A DNA stretch of 64,000 bases. It comes from a virus. The notes under the pieces were generated by a model. That model was given only the letters and a program-made list of their open reading frames with translations. It made no database searches and was not told where the DNA came from. Position 1 is the stretch's first letter, and the number at the start of each line of letters is the position of its first letter. The position numbers were made by a program, and so were the translations under genes. Location: IMG/VR virus record IMGVR_UViG_3300030117_004232, positions 1-64,000 of that record; one strand, given 5' to 3'. Positions 55,807-64,000 of the stretch are shown here, one piece after another.

Positions 55807-55943
55807 TTGGGGGGAAGAGGTGGGCGGAGTTGAAGCGCCCAGTGCCGTTGCACTCCTGCTGGTATCCTCTTATTACTGCACAAACCCCCAAGCGTCGGCT
55901 AACTGTGGATATATTGCGATGGTCCACCCTGCCGTGCCGACGC
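55807..55943 (-). ncRNA. Structured intergenic RNA candidate with tRNA-like domain
   Basis: Nested stems UUGGGGG/CCCCCAA, AAGAGG/CCUCUU, GUGC/GCAC, UGGGCG/CGCCCA (loop contains UUCAACU) plus hairpin GCGUCGGC/GCCGACGC with inner GUGGA/UCCAC; strand inferred from context and T-loop. Confidence 0.55.
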
Positions 55944-55951
55944 AGATGTAA

Positions 55952-56938
55952 TCATAGCATGTTGTCCCTCATCTCAGCGAGTCCGTACCATGTGGCCTCC
56001 TCGCCCTTCTTCGTCACGAAGTACACTCGCTCCTGACCCTTGAGGTTGGAGTTGGTCTTCTGCTTGAAGAAATCAACATAGTGTCGCACTTCCCCTGTGG
56101 TTGAACCATCAGAGTTGCGCATCACCTGTGTCTTACACCATAGGATTTGGAACAGGTCGTTGGTCGCACTCTTCTCCCATGCGAACTTCCAACCATCGAA
56201 TCCAATCTTGCCCTCTCGGTCCTCTTTGAGATGTGTCTCCCAAAAGACATCGACTCCAAGGCTGTTGAGTTGACGGCAGATTGCAGTCAGTTGTCGGAAT
56301 CGTGTGGAACGAATGCCCCAGTTCCAACCAATCTCTTGATTGAGTTTGGATTGAGATGCTTCGATAGCATCCTTCGCATTCATATCCAAGTCGTAGATTT
56401 TCATGATGTCCATGCACATGCCGTCGAACTGGTCAACCGCCGTGACAAGGAATGTCTTGAGCAGAGGGCCTTCAAAGCCTTCTTCGTACTGCTTACTCGC
56501 ATACTCTACGGCTGCCTTACCGATGTCCATGACACGCTGATAGGTTGCGATGTAATCGTAGGCCGTGCGGTCCTCCATCTGCATTACCCATGGTGAGAAG
56601 GTACGGAAGCGTGCATCGTCCCGATAGTGCGCCTGCTTGCAAGCCATTGCACCATTGTCGAAATCGAGTGCCCAGAGCATCTCTCCCTCCTTGAATCGGT
56701 GGGCGTGGGCATCCAGTACTAGACCGGACTTACCCACACCCTCATGCCCTACCATACCACAGAAGACGTGTGATACCTTGGATGGTTCACCGAGTCCTTC
56801 CATCTCTTTGATGATGTCAGGAAAACTGCTGACAAATGCCTCTGAGGTTACAGGTGCCTGTGCTGCGATGGGTGCGTCTTCAGGGACTACTTCCTTCTCC
56901 GCTTCGCTGGTCTGCGCTAGTGCTCCCCATCCACTCAT
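55952..56938 (-). CDS. RecA-superfamily ATPase (Sak4/AAA_24-like recombination protein)
   Basis: Walker A GHEGVGKS, LDFDNG, VFWETH. Confidence 0.7.
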   Translation of the reverse strand: MSGWGALAQTSEAEKEVVPEDAPIAAQAPVTSEAFVSSFPDIIKEMEGLGEPSKVSHVFCGMVGHEGVGKSGLVLDAHAHRFKEGEMLWALDFDNGAMACKQAHYRDDARFRTFSPWVMQMEDRTAYDYIATYQRVMDIGKAAVEYASKQYEEGFEGPLLKTFLVTAVDQFDGMCMDIMKIYDLDMNAKDAIEASQSKLNQEIGWNWGIRSTRFRQLTAICRQLNSLGVDVFWETHLKEDREGKIGFDGWKFAWEKSATNDLFQILWCKTQVMRNSDGSTTGEVRHYVDFFKQKTNSNLKGQERVYFVTKKGEEATWYGLAEMRDNML

Positions 56939-57285
56939 TCTTTCAACTCCTCATCTGTTTCTGGTCTGTAAATTTCAACCATTAAATCAATCCCTTCCTC
57001 ATCAATTTCCCAACCAAACTCCGCAGGGTCGTAGTTCACTTCTTCGACCTCTTCGTTGATAGCCAGCATCAGGTGATGAGGCCAATCCTCGTTCTTGGGT
57101 GTGTCTGAAAAGGCGATGGCTTGTGTCATAGTTCCGACACCCCACTCAACGGATTGGATATTCTCTCCGTCGTCATCCAAGTGTGCTTCAATGTGAATCA
57201 CCTTGTCTGTCCCACGGACATCAAATGTCCACGGCTCACCTGTCATGAGTCTGTCAAAGATTCCCTGTTCAAACGGATGCATCAC
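56935..57285 (-). CDS. Acidic hypothetical protein
   Basis: Coupled ORF, GGAGGTGA RBS. Confidence 0.55.
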   Translation of the reverse strand: MMHPFEQGIFDRLMTGEPWTFDVRGTDKVIHIEAHLDDDGENIQSVEWGVGTMTQAIAFSDTPKNEDWPHHLMLAINEEVEEVNYDPAEFGWEIDEEGIDLMVEIYRPETDEELKE

Positions 57286-58580
57286 TGGTCACCTCCGAAT
57301 TGATTGAGGGATGTGTTGCCACCAGTGGCCGCAGGGCGAGCCGTGCGTGGTGGTACAAACACACCCAGTGCAGTAACACTTGGTAGGGTGTCGTTGTTGT
57401 AAGGGCGCAACTTAAGGCGACCGATGACGATAACCTGTGTGCGCTCTGCGTATGGTACCCATTCACCCGGACTCTTCTCGTAGTCGAATGGATGTTGGTC
57501 GTCGTACAATGCGCCCGGAATCCAGACAGTGACCTCTGAGTGAGGACTGTCACGACCGTTGCGTGATTGCAATGCTAGACTGGTGACGCTCATACGGAAT
57601 GAGCGGCCTGTCGAATCGTACTCAGAGTCCATTGGCTCTTTGTTCAATCGACTCACGTATCCCTTGGTGATGACAATTGGATTCATTGTGTTACCATTGG
57701 GCAACTGAATCTTGCGGTCACCGTGTGCTTCGACAAGTTCGCTGAGGTCCACGTATTCCTTGTGCATCTGGTCGTTGGACAAGAGGCGCTCGGGTCGTAG
57801 TTCAGCACGTAGTTCATCAGGCACAAACGAATCTGTGTACTCCACGGTCTCGTGGAAGTTGCGGTTCGTGTACAGTGTGTCTCTACCCTCTTGGGTAGGT
57901 GGAACCACCTGAATCTTACACGGTGTGTAGTACTGGTAGTCCGCGTTCATTGCGTTGTTGGTCAAAGCCACGCGCCACATTTTGATGTCGCTTGAGCGCT
58001 CATCAGAGCCAAGGAAATACATGTTGCGCACCATGCTGGTCGGTGCCATTGGTTTTCCTACGTTTGCGCTGCCTTGGTTGGTGTTCAGCAAGCACAGGAT
58101 GAGGTCATCGTGCTCAAATGCGAACCAAGGTAGTTCACTGCCGTCTACGCGCTCACCTGTTGGCTCACCGTTGATACACCAGTTCCCTTCTCTTGCTGTC
58201 ACAATGCCGATAACTCGGTCACTGATTGCTCGGTCTTGGTTACTCTTGAACAGATTGAGAGCGGATTGTCTCGCATTCTCTCTCTGGTCTCTTGCACTCG
58301 ATTCGATGGCTACCATCATACCGACGTATGTGCTTGTCTCTCGCTGACTTCCACCAGATGCTCCGAGGTTGCGTGTTTCGATAACGAACATCTCTGTCCA
58401 TTCCGTCACGAGGAAAGAGTCTTCTGAGTGGATGTCATCCACCTCAAACTCAGCCTTCAGCCAGTCTTTCAACTGAGTGAGGGCTTCCCCTGTGCTGATA
58501 CCCAGCCTCTCGGCATAGGCACCTAGCCTCTCCTGTACACCTGTGGGAAGCGTGTCCCATTCATTTCCTTCATTTTCCAT
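57282..58580 (-). CDS. Putative ssDNA-binding (RPA/OB-fold-like) protein
   Basis: Beta-rich segments (ITKGYVSRL, VIVIGRLK); close to the recombinase; flexible C-terminus. Confidence 0.45.
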   Translation of the reverse strand: MENEGNEWDTLPTGVQERLGAYAERLGISTGEALTQLKDWLKAEFEVDDIHSEDSFLVTEWTEMFVIETRNLGASGGSQRETSTYVGMMVAIESSARDQRENARQSALNLFKSNQDRAISDRVIGIVTAREGNWCINGEPTGERVDGSELPWFAFEHDDLILCLLNTNQGSANVGKPMAPTSMVRNMYFLGSDERSSDIKMWRVALTNNAMNADYQYYTPCKIQVVPPTQEGRDTLYTNRNFHETVEYTDSFVPDELRAELRPERLLSNDQMHKEYVDLSELVEAHGDRKIQLPNGNTMNPIVITKGYVSRLNKEPMDSEYDSTGRSFRMSVTSLALQSRNGRDSPHSEVTVWIPGALYDDQHPFDYEKSPGEWVPYAERTQVIVIGRLKLRPYNNDTLPSVTALGVFVPPRTARPAATGGNTSLNQFGGDQ

Positions 58581-58587
58581 ACTTATC

Positions 58588-58612
58588 TCTCCTTTTGTTT
58601 CTCCTTTTGTTT
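58588..58612. repeat. 12-bp tandem duplication containing the RBS (AAACAAAAGGAG x2 on the minus strand)
   Basis: tctccttttgttt occurs twice, overlapping by one base. Confidence 0.7.
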
Positions 58613-58871
58613 ACCACCTTACTACTTCGTGGAATCTCTCCATTTGCTTTCGTGTGACTTTGATAAATGACTCAAGGTCTTCTAGGTCTGCTGTGATGTC
58701 ATAATGTGTCCCTAGAACTTTGTGCCTTTCGTGATGGTACGCCTTGCATTCTTCTACGCTTCCTAACCAATCATAGAGATTGTTACGTAAGATGTTAAGG
58801 CAGTCCCACAGGCTTTGCTGTTCGGGTGTCATATCATTGACGTTCGTTCCTTTCGGTATTGTCGTTTCCAT
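58611..58871 (-). CDS. Hypothetical protein
   Basis: ORF with GGAGG RBS in operon. Confidence 0.5.
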   Translation of the reverse strand: METTIPKGTNVNDMTPEQQSLWDCLNILRNNLYDWLGSVEECKAYHHERHKVLGTHYDITADLEDLESFIKVTRKQMERFHEVVRW

Positions 58872-58874
58872 TTT

Positions 58875-59813
58875 TCATTCCTCCTTCATATTTTTCTTCA
58901 GTTTTGCTACAAAGTACTCAACAAATGCCAAGTCGTCGTCGGGCCACTGTGTGGCCAACATGACGAACTCGCCATAAGTGAGCATGAACTTGTGCCAATC
59001 ATCTTCACTCTCCATGAGAGGTTTGGCTCGGAAGCGGAGTCCTTTAAGCACTCCGATTCTGCTGTTGCCTGACTCCAACGCTTGGGTCAGCAAGGCAGTG
59101 ACCTGTGGGAAAGCACTACCCATCAAGTTGATGGCGGCTTTGTTGAGGGCGTTTGTATCTCGCTTGAGATATTCTAGTAGTGCACCATCTTCTTTGGGCA
59201 ATGCCTGAAGGGTGTCTATGCTTCTTCGTAGGCTACCACCATGTAATCGATTGAGGGAACCGAAATGGTCTGCCCAAGTAGTAGGTATTGTTGTCTTTTC
59301 GTGGAATTGGATATGATGGAGGCGTTCACAAGCCTCATCGTCGGAGAGCGGCTTGAACACGTATGTCATGCATCTGTCTCGGATGGCACTGTTTATCCGC
59401 CCAATATCATTGGCTGCCAAGATGAAGATGGTAGTCTTGTGACTGTCCTCCATAATTTGCTTGAGGGCTTTCTCTCCTTGAGGGGTGAACTCATCCGCCT
59501 CGTCTAAGAAGATGATGCGGCGACTGACACCAAGTCCCTTCTGCTTACTGATGCTCTTGAGTTCTCTCACAGCATCAATGCCTCTGTCATCACTGGCGTT
59601 GGTAACAATGAAATTCATCGGGTCAAAGTATTCACCAAGCAAGTCTCTTGCCAATGCCTTAGCAGCACTACTCTTTCCTGTCCCCGATGGACCAACGAAC
59701 AACAGGTTAGGTGGGCACGAGTCAAGGTCCCACTGCATCGCAGCGTTCTTGTACTCTTGGCAACCTACGAGTTCACTCGTGGTAGTGGGTCTGTATTTCT
59801 CTCTCCAATCCAT
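58875..59813 (-). CDS. rfcS: Replication factor C small subunit (clamp loader)
   Basis: WREKYRP, GPSGTGKS, NASDDRGID.VR, LDEAD, SRC-like AIRDRC. Confidence 0.93.
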   Translation of the reverse strand: MDWREKYRPTTTSELVGCQEYKNAAMQWDLDSCPPNLLFVGPSGTGKSSAAKALARDLLGEYFDPMNFIVTNASDDRGIDAVRELKSISKQKGLGVSRRIIFLDEADEFTPQGEKALKQIMEDSHKTTIFILAANDIGRINSAIRDRCMTYVFKPLSDDEACERLHHIQFHEKTTIPTTWADHFGSLNRLHGGSLRRSIDTLQALPKEDGALLEYLKRDTNALNKAAINLMGSAFPQVTALLTQALESGNSRIGVLKGLRFRAKPLMESEDDWHKFMLTYGEFVMLATQWPDDDLAFVEYFVAKLKKNMKEE

Positions 59814-59843
59814 TTTGGCTCACAACCATATCTTTCTTGTTTC

Positions 59844-59851
59844 TATTTAAA
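59844..59851 (-). promoter_or_regulatory. Archaeal TATA box upstream of the rfc/replication genes
   Basis: TTTAAATA on the minus strand about 31 nt upstream of the rfc ATG, in a 46-nt intergenic gap. Confidence 0.55.
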
Positions 59852-59859
59852 GGACCAGT

Positions 59860-61314
59860 CTAATTTGCCATTTCTATGAGGTCTGTCAATTGTGCTACGT
59901 CACTGTATCCTAAGTTGTCATCTACATAGTCTAAGTTCGCACCTGCGAGTGACAACGTATCGAGTTTGAAATCAGTTACCTCCACGGTCACGACGACCGC
60001 GTATTCATCTACAGGCAACCAGTTGAGACCTGCGAGCATACCTTGCTGTGCAAGGCGCTGACGCATGTGCTGCGCGGGGCCTACAGGTACCTCCAGTTCG
60101 CCCACCTCGTACATCTCGTAGCCGTCCATCGCAGCCACGCGCACGAATGTATTGAACTCCTCATCCTTACGGATGGAAGCAATGAGGAGATTGATGTGGA
60201 ACGCGTCCTTGAGAATCATCCACCCACCTTCGCCGCCTACCTGAAATGGTCCCGGTAGTGTCAGGCGAATGCGTTCCTTGTCAGACGATTCGATGAGGTG
60301 GCCCAGTTCAGAATCTGCCTCCATGAGCCTTCCCTCTTTAATTGGTAATTTGCTATCTGTTTTGTTGAGAAACGAAAGCCGGTCGGCGTAAGGCAACTTG
60401 TGAATATCCCAGTCATCACCCAGTGCGAATACATCTGTCAGGCATTTGACGTTACAGCCGTCTGCCTCTACTTCAAACACACCTTCCTTATCGATGGGAA
60501 CCTGTGTGACCTTGCCGATGACCTGCCGGTCCCGCCCGTAGAGTACACCCTTGAATGTCCCCTGTGGGAACTCAGTGATGTGGAGGTATCTACGTGGGTG
60601 CTCAATGGTTTCGACGTACACTTTCGTAGGCGTACTCATCTTCGCCCACGCTCTATAGACCGGGCCCCTGAACGCCTGACCGGGTTGCATTGTTCGCACA
60701 TCCATGTCAATGATTTCCTCCTTGAGCAAGCGATTGATTATCTCTGTAGGTGACATCGTATCGAGCATCTGACGAATGGCCATCATGCTCTGCGCACCTG
60801 CGTCTGTGATGTAGGATACCATCTGTAGGAAGCGGTCGATGGGCATGATAGGTGGCTCATCTGTGGCTCGTGACCAGAAGAGCATTGCTTCTTTCTCATT
60901 CATTTTGCTGGCAATGTGGAGAAAGCCGAGGTCTTGAATCCGACCCATGAGCATGAGTGCTTGCTTGACTGTCATGCCCTCGCCTCCATACTCAGGTGAT
61001 TCAACTGCAAGAAGTGGTACCATCGGTTTGCCTGCAAGTGACTCATCCCATATCAGAGGGGAGATGGATAACTTGCTGCACACATCATCACGTATCCAAC
61101 GAATCGAAATGAACTGTCGTTCAAATCGTGAGTGCGCAGGATAGAAGATGTCAATGAGTTCCTCCAGTTCAGCACCCGTATCACGTATCGATTGCTCAAT
61201 CAGATTGAGGCACTGTTGGAAATACTTCCAACGGTTCTCTTTGTCCGTTAGGATTTTCCTATTTAGTCGCCTGAGATTTTCAGCGATGTCTGCCGCCTCT
61301 GCTAACAACATCAT
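59860..61314 (-). CDS. Degenerate ATP-dependent DNA ligase-like protein
   Basis: Archaeal-ligase-like layout: helical N-domain, PGQAFRGP, motif I position VETIEHPRRYLH, LYGRD, TDVFALG, LPYADR, GWMILK, OB-like C-terminus; no KxDG. Confidence 0.5.
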   Translation of the reverse strand: MMLLAEAADIAENLRRLNRKILTDKENRWKYFQQCLNLIEQSIRDTGAELEELIDIFYPAHSRFERQFISIRWIRDDVCSKLSISPLIWDESLAGKPMVPLLAVESPEYGGEGMTVKQALMLMGRIQDLGFLHIASKMNEKEAMLFWSRATDEPPIMPIDRFLQMVSYITDAGAQSMMAIRQMLDTMSPTEIINRLLKEEIIDMDVRTMQPGQAFRGPVYRAWAKMSTPTKVYVETIEHPRRYLHITEFPQGTFKGVLYGRDRQVIGKVTQVPIDKEGVFEVEADGCNVKCLTDVFALGDDWDIHKLPYADRLSFLNKTDSKLPIKEGRLMEADSELGHLIESSDKERIRLTLPGPFQVGGEGGWMILKDAFHINLLIASIRKDEEFNTFVRVAAMDGYEMYEVGELEVPVGPAQHMRQRLAQQGMLAGLNWLPVDEYAVVVTVEVTDFKLDTLSLAGANLDYVDDNLGYSDVAQLTDLIEMAN

Positions 61315-61760
61315 TCTTCCTCTCCTTTCTTCCGACGGCGGTAATTTCTGTGGTATTCAATCATCTTCTCTCGATTCTTCTTGTAGTATTCACGATGGTA
61401 TTTACGAACCTTCTCTGGATTCTCCTTGTAGCGTTCCCTTGCTCGTTTACGCCGACGTTCCTTCACTTCAGGTCGCTTTTCATATTCACGCTTACGTTCC
61501 TTCACTTCAGGGCGTTGGTAGTATTCACGATTGCGTACAAGTATATTTTCTCGATTCTTCTTGTTGTATTTACGCTGGCTGATTTTATTACGTTCCTTCA
61601 CTTCAGGGCGTTGGTTATACTCCTTTAGTCGCTTAGCCTTACAAGTGTCGCAGAATCTTTTCTGCGGGATGTATTTGAAAAAGGTATCACAGGTTTCGCA
61701 TAGAGTTATTTGTTTTCTGAAAATCAAATCCATGAGGTCATCATCATCATAAGTTGTCAT
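61311..61760 (-). CDS. Zn-finger plus basic repeat protein (RPEVKER repeats)
   Basis: CETC...CDTC then three RPEVKER repeats; very K/R/E-rich. Confidence 0.6.
   Translation of the reverse strand: MTTYDDDDLMDLIFRKQITLCETCDTFFKYIPQKRFCDTCKAKRLKEYNQRPEVKERNKISQRKYNKKNRENILVRNREYYQRPEVKERKREYEKRPEVKERRRKRARERYKENPEKVRKYHREYYKKNREKMIEYHRNYRRRKKGEEE
61455..61607. repeat. Three 18-bp coding direct repeats
   Basis: acgttccttcacttcagg at 61455, 61494 and 61590. Confidence 0.85.
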
Positions 61761-62019
61761 CTAATTCCCTCAGTTCTTGGAGGGCGTGTTCGATTGCTTT
61801 CACTAAAGATGCCGCTTCCTCTTGGCTCAGCCTCACGCCCTCTCTCGTGAAGCCCTTACCACTAGGATGCTCTTCTGTTCGTCTGACTCGGATGTCTATG
61901 GATGCAGGTGCATCACCTATGGGGTCGGCTACGCTCATGACAGTCTCGGCCTTGCCTTTCCACTTCTTGGAAGTGTTGGGCACACGCCACTTGATTGTCT
62001 GAACGAAGCCTCTGCTCAT
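61747..62019 (-). CDS. PC4/YdbC-like ssDNA-binding protein
   Basis: IDIRV...GKGFTREGVRLSQEEA resembles the PC4 fold pattern. Confidence 0.6.
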   Translation of the reverse strand: MSRGFVQTIKWRVPNTSKKWKGKAETVMSVADPIGDAPASIDIRVRRTEEHPSGKGFTREGVRLSQEEAASLVKAIEHALQELRELDDNL

Positions 62020-62372
62020 GCTTTCAACTCCTTGTATGCCGCTATCCATTCACGTTTGTGTCTTCGCATCTGACTCAACTTGTCACGACGACTTTCTGCT
62101 TGTCGTGAAGCCCAACCTTTGTCCCAATGTGGTCCTGCTCTTGGAGTGATGGCAGCAAGTTCTTCAATCATCTTTTCTAGATGTCCCATCGTCTTGTATT
62201 TCTCCAAGAATCTATCGTGTTGGAGTCTACCGGCTGGCGCACACTGTAGACAATGAGTTACACCACATTTGTGTTGTAAATTAGCATCGAGTATGGATGC
62301 CCACTTACCTTCTTCTACACCACGTTGTCTGTCGTCTAGGCACTTTTCTGTTGCTTCCCAATCAACTGTCAT
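62016..62372 (-). CDS. Hypothetical protein, possible Zn site
   Basis: HKCGVTHCLQC; coupled ORF. Confidence 0.5.
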   Translation of the reverse strand: MTVDWEATEKCLDDRQRGVEEGKWASILDANLQHKCGVTHCLQCAPAGRLQHDRFLEKYKTMGHLEKMIEELAAITPRAGPHWDKGWASRQAESRRDKLSQMRRHKREWIAAYKELKA

Positions 62373-62617
62373 AGTGCTTTCACCTTTCTGAATATCTTAC
62401 GTCGATTGTTTGGACAAGTATTATCCGTTTCCATGACATATCTACCATAGCCTGACTTTCGCTTGAGCCAGTATGCAATGGATGATGCTGTGAACTTGTT
62501 GTCGTAACCCATGTACTTTGCAATTTCACGGCAGTTGCGCCATGCACCGTCGTCCATGAGTTCTTCAATAACGGCTTTCTGCTGCATTGAAATCTTATAC
62601 TTCCCCTTACTCATCAC
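62369..62617 (-). CDS. Putative winged-HTH DNA-binding protein
   Basis: VIEELM..G.W.NCREIAKY...TASSIAYWLK pattern. Confidence 0.5.
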   Translation of the reverse strand: MMSKGKYKISMQQKAVIEELMDDGAWRNCREIAKYMGYDNKFTASSIAYWLKRKSGYGRYVMETDNTCPNNRRKIFRKVKAL

Positions 62618-63342
62618 TCTTCCTCCTCTGAACGTGGGTAGTAGATGACCACTGAGCCACGTACATGGGGTGGTAATAGTTCACCGCTGAATGGACAGAA
62701 TGTACCGAGTACCTTGATACTCTCAGCCAGTTTGTTGTCGACCATGTTGATAATCTCAGGGCGGGACAACGCGACATAGGTGGCAGCCTTCGCATCAAAC
62801 TTGAGCATCAGGTCATCACCAGCCAACAGGCCATAGTCGTATGGTTCCATGGGAACAGATGTGTCACACACAGGGCAGGTAATCACGACTGACCACTGTT
62901 CGACCAACTCTGTGGTCTGGCCATCTTCACCCTCTACTCCTTCCGGCAAAGCCATCTCGGCCTGACCGTCAAATGTCCATACTCCTTCCTCCAAGGGGAA
63001 AGACGACAAAGGCACTGAACAATCAGGGCAAGGCCACTGTTGTGCAATCTCTTGTCGCTTCATCATCTCTTGCATGTGTCGCTCTTGTGGCGTGAGATGT
63101 TGTACATCAATCAGTTGAACCTCAGATTCATCTACAGTCCAACCAATCCCTTCTACGAGAATCTTCATACGAATTCTCGCTTGGGCGGCACTAGGATGAT
63201 TCTCCTGCTGCACCAATTTGATGCTGCGGTCACCATCTCTCAGGTAAGATAGGCCCAAGCCTGCGGGTTCCCACAAGCCATTCAGGCGCAACCTACTCAA
63301 TATCTCTTTCACATTATCTTCAGGCGTCGTTTCTTCCATCAT
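62614..63342 (-). CDS. Hypothetical Zn-ribbon protein
   Basis: CPDC and CPVC pairs; GGAGAGG RBS. Confidence 0.55.
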   Translation of the reverse strand: MMEETTPEDNVKEILSRLRLNGLWEPAGLGLSYLRDGDRSIKLVQQENHPSAAQARIRMKILVEGIGWTVDESEVQLIDVQHLTPQERHMQEMMKRQEIAQQWPCPDCSVPLSSFPLEEGVWTFDGQAEMALPEGVEGEDGQTTELVEQWSVVITCPVCDTSVPMEPYDYGLLAGDDLMLKFDAKAATYVALSRPEIINMVDNKLAESIKVLGTFCPFSGELLPPHVRGSVVIYYPRSEEEE

Positions 63343-63661
63343 ATTCCTCTCCTATTTTTTCTGTTATCCAAAGGAAGGTGTCACAGCATCTTGCTGGTAT
63401 CATTCTTGCGCCATACTCCGTAACAAAGCACGGGTATGTCTCATCAAAGTGCTCATTACAAGACAAGCAGTTGTCATATTTCACCAACGCAGTTGTCATG
63501 TATAGCACCTCTTGTTGTTCAGGCTCACCTCTCAGCCTCGCAGTGTCGGGGACTGGGATGGTTGAACCCACGAGGGGGATTTTCTCCCCCTCATGAATCC
63601 AGTTCCCATCTTCGTCAATCTCTGCGGCTTTCATCATCGTTCCTTCATAACTCTCCTTCAA
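63320..63661 (-). CDS. Hypothetical Cys-containing protein
   Basis: CLSC...CC; coupled ORF. Confidence 0.5.
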   Translation of the reverse strand: MKESYEGTMMKAAEIDEDGNWIHEGEKIPLVGSTIPVPDTARLRGEPEQQEVLYMTTALVKYDNCLSCNEHFDETYPCFVTEYGARMIPARCCDTFLWITEKIGEEYDGRNDA

Positions 63662-63987
63662 TGCAGCACCTCTGAAAACATCGGGACACTCTTGAGTTGG
63701 TCCTCAATGTCCTGACCGGATACTACGCGAGTCGTGATGTCCCCAAGAACCTTGTGGACCTTCTGTAGTCGGTCGTGGAAGGTGTTGAAGTTCAGCGTAC
63801 TACCCTTGAGCACCTTGCCATCCTCGTCTTGCCACTCTGGCTTGTGCGTGATTGCACCTGTCAGAATGTTGTAGACGTGGTACAGTGTCCCTTGGTCTTC
63901 GTTACTGACTGCAACCCACGGCTCAGAAGGCTTTGTCCACCCTTGGCCCATGAGTCTCCACATGTGTCCACGACTGATGCTTTCCAC
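63658..63987 (-). CDS. Hypothetical protein (start may lie beyond the window)
   Basis: ORF at window edge, coupled to the next gene. Confidence 0.45.
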   Translation of the reverse strand: MESISRGHMWRLMGQGWTKPSEPWVAVSNEDQGTLYHVYNILTGAITHKPEWQDEDGKVLKGSTLNFNTFHDRLQKVHKVLGDITTRVVSGQDIEDQLKSVPMFSEVLH

Positions 63988-64000
63988 CTTGCCGTGGTCA

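Noticed and set aside
55807-55891. Canonical tRNA gene
   Set aside because: No 5-bp anticodon stem with 7-nt loop, no D-stem, and C-C in place of the G53-C61 pair; kept only as tRNA-like
55547-56036. Plus-strand ORFs crossing the structured intergenic region
   Set aside because: Antisense to the operon, no RBS or motifs; the base-pairing pattern explains the region better
61455-61607. Direct repeats as a mini-CRISPR array
   Set aside because: Repeats are in-frame coding, 18 bp, with irregular spacing (39 and 96 bp)
1-64000. Integrated provirus or cellular chromosome
   Set aside because: No integrase, att site, rRNA or host housekeeping context; thermosome, RFC and PolB sit within compact viral operons

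Overview
The whole window is part of a large tailed dsDNA archaeal virus genome (Caudoviricetes). HK97-type head genes together with an archaeal-type thermosome, RFC, AEP primase, XPF/Hef nuclease, MCM-like helicase and PolB, plus GGTGA/GGAGG ribosome-binding sites and TATA boxes, point to a Magrovirus-like virus of Marine Group II Euryarchaeota (Poseidoniales); this assignment is an inference, not a database result. The + strand (1-45128) is the morphogenesis arm: terminase, LAGLIDADG protein, portal, head proteins, an ~1800-aa protein, protease/scaffold, MCP, neck and tail genes, a ~5400-aa giant protein and an ART-like protein. The - strand (45129-64000) is the replication/chaperone arm. 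The arms converge with no gap. Main leads: (1) an ADP-ribosyltransferase-like protein in the virion module with a short leader followed by a PIP-box-like motif, Q-[TS]-x-L-x-[DE]-F-[DH]-P, that recurs twice in a 77-aa protein near PolB, suggesting a clamp-targeting effector system; (2) a ~137-nt strongly structured intergenic element with an anticodon-less tRNA-like fold upstream of the putative clamp gene; (3) two ATP-dependent ligase-like domains that both appear to lack the catalytic lysine; (4) recurrent hydrophobic-K/[AGS] candidate protease sites in head proteins, a nested scaffold start and a second mini-scaffold; (5) a 141-aa tape-measure-like gene; (6) non-canonical PolB motifs. All family calls come from visual motif recognition only.
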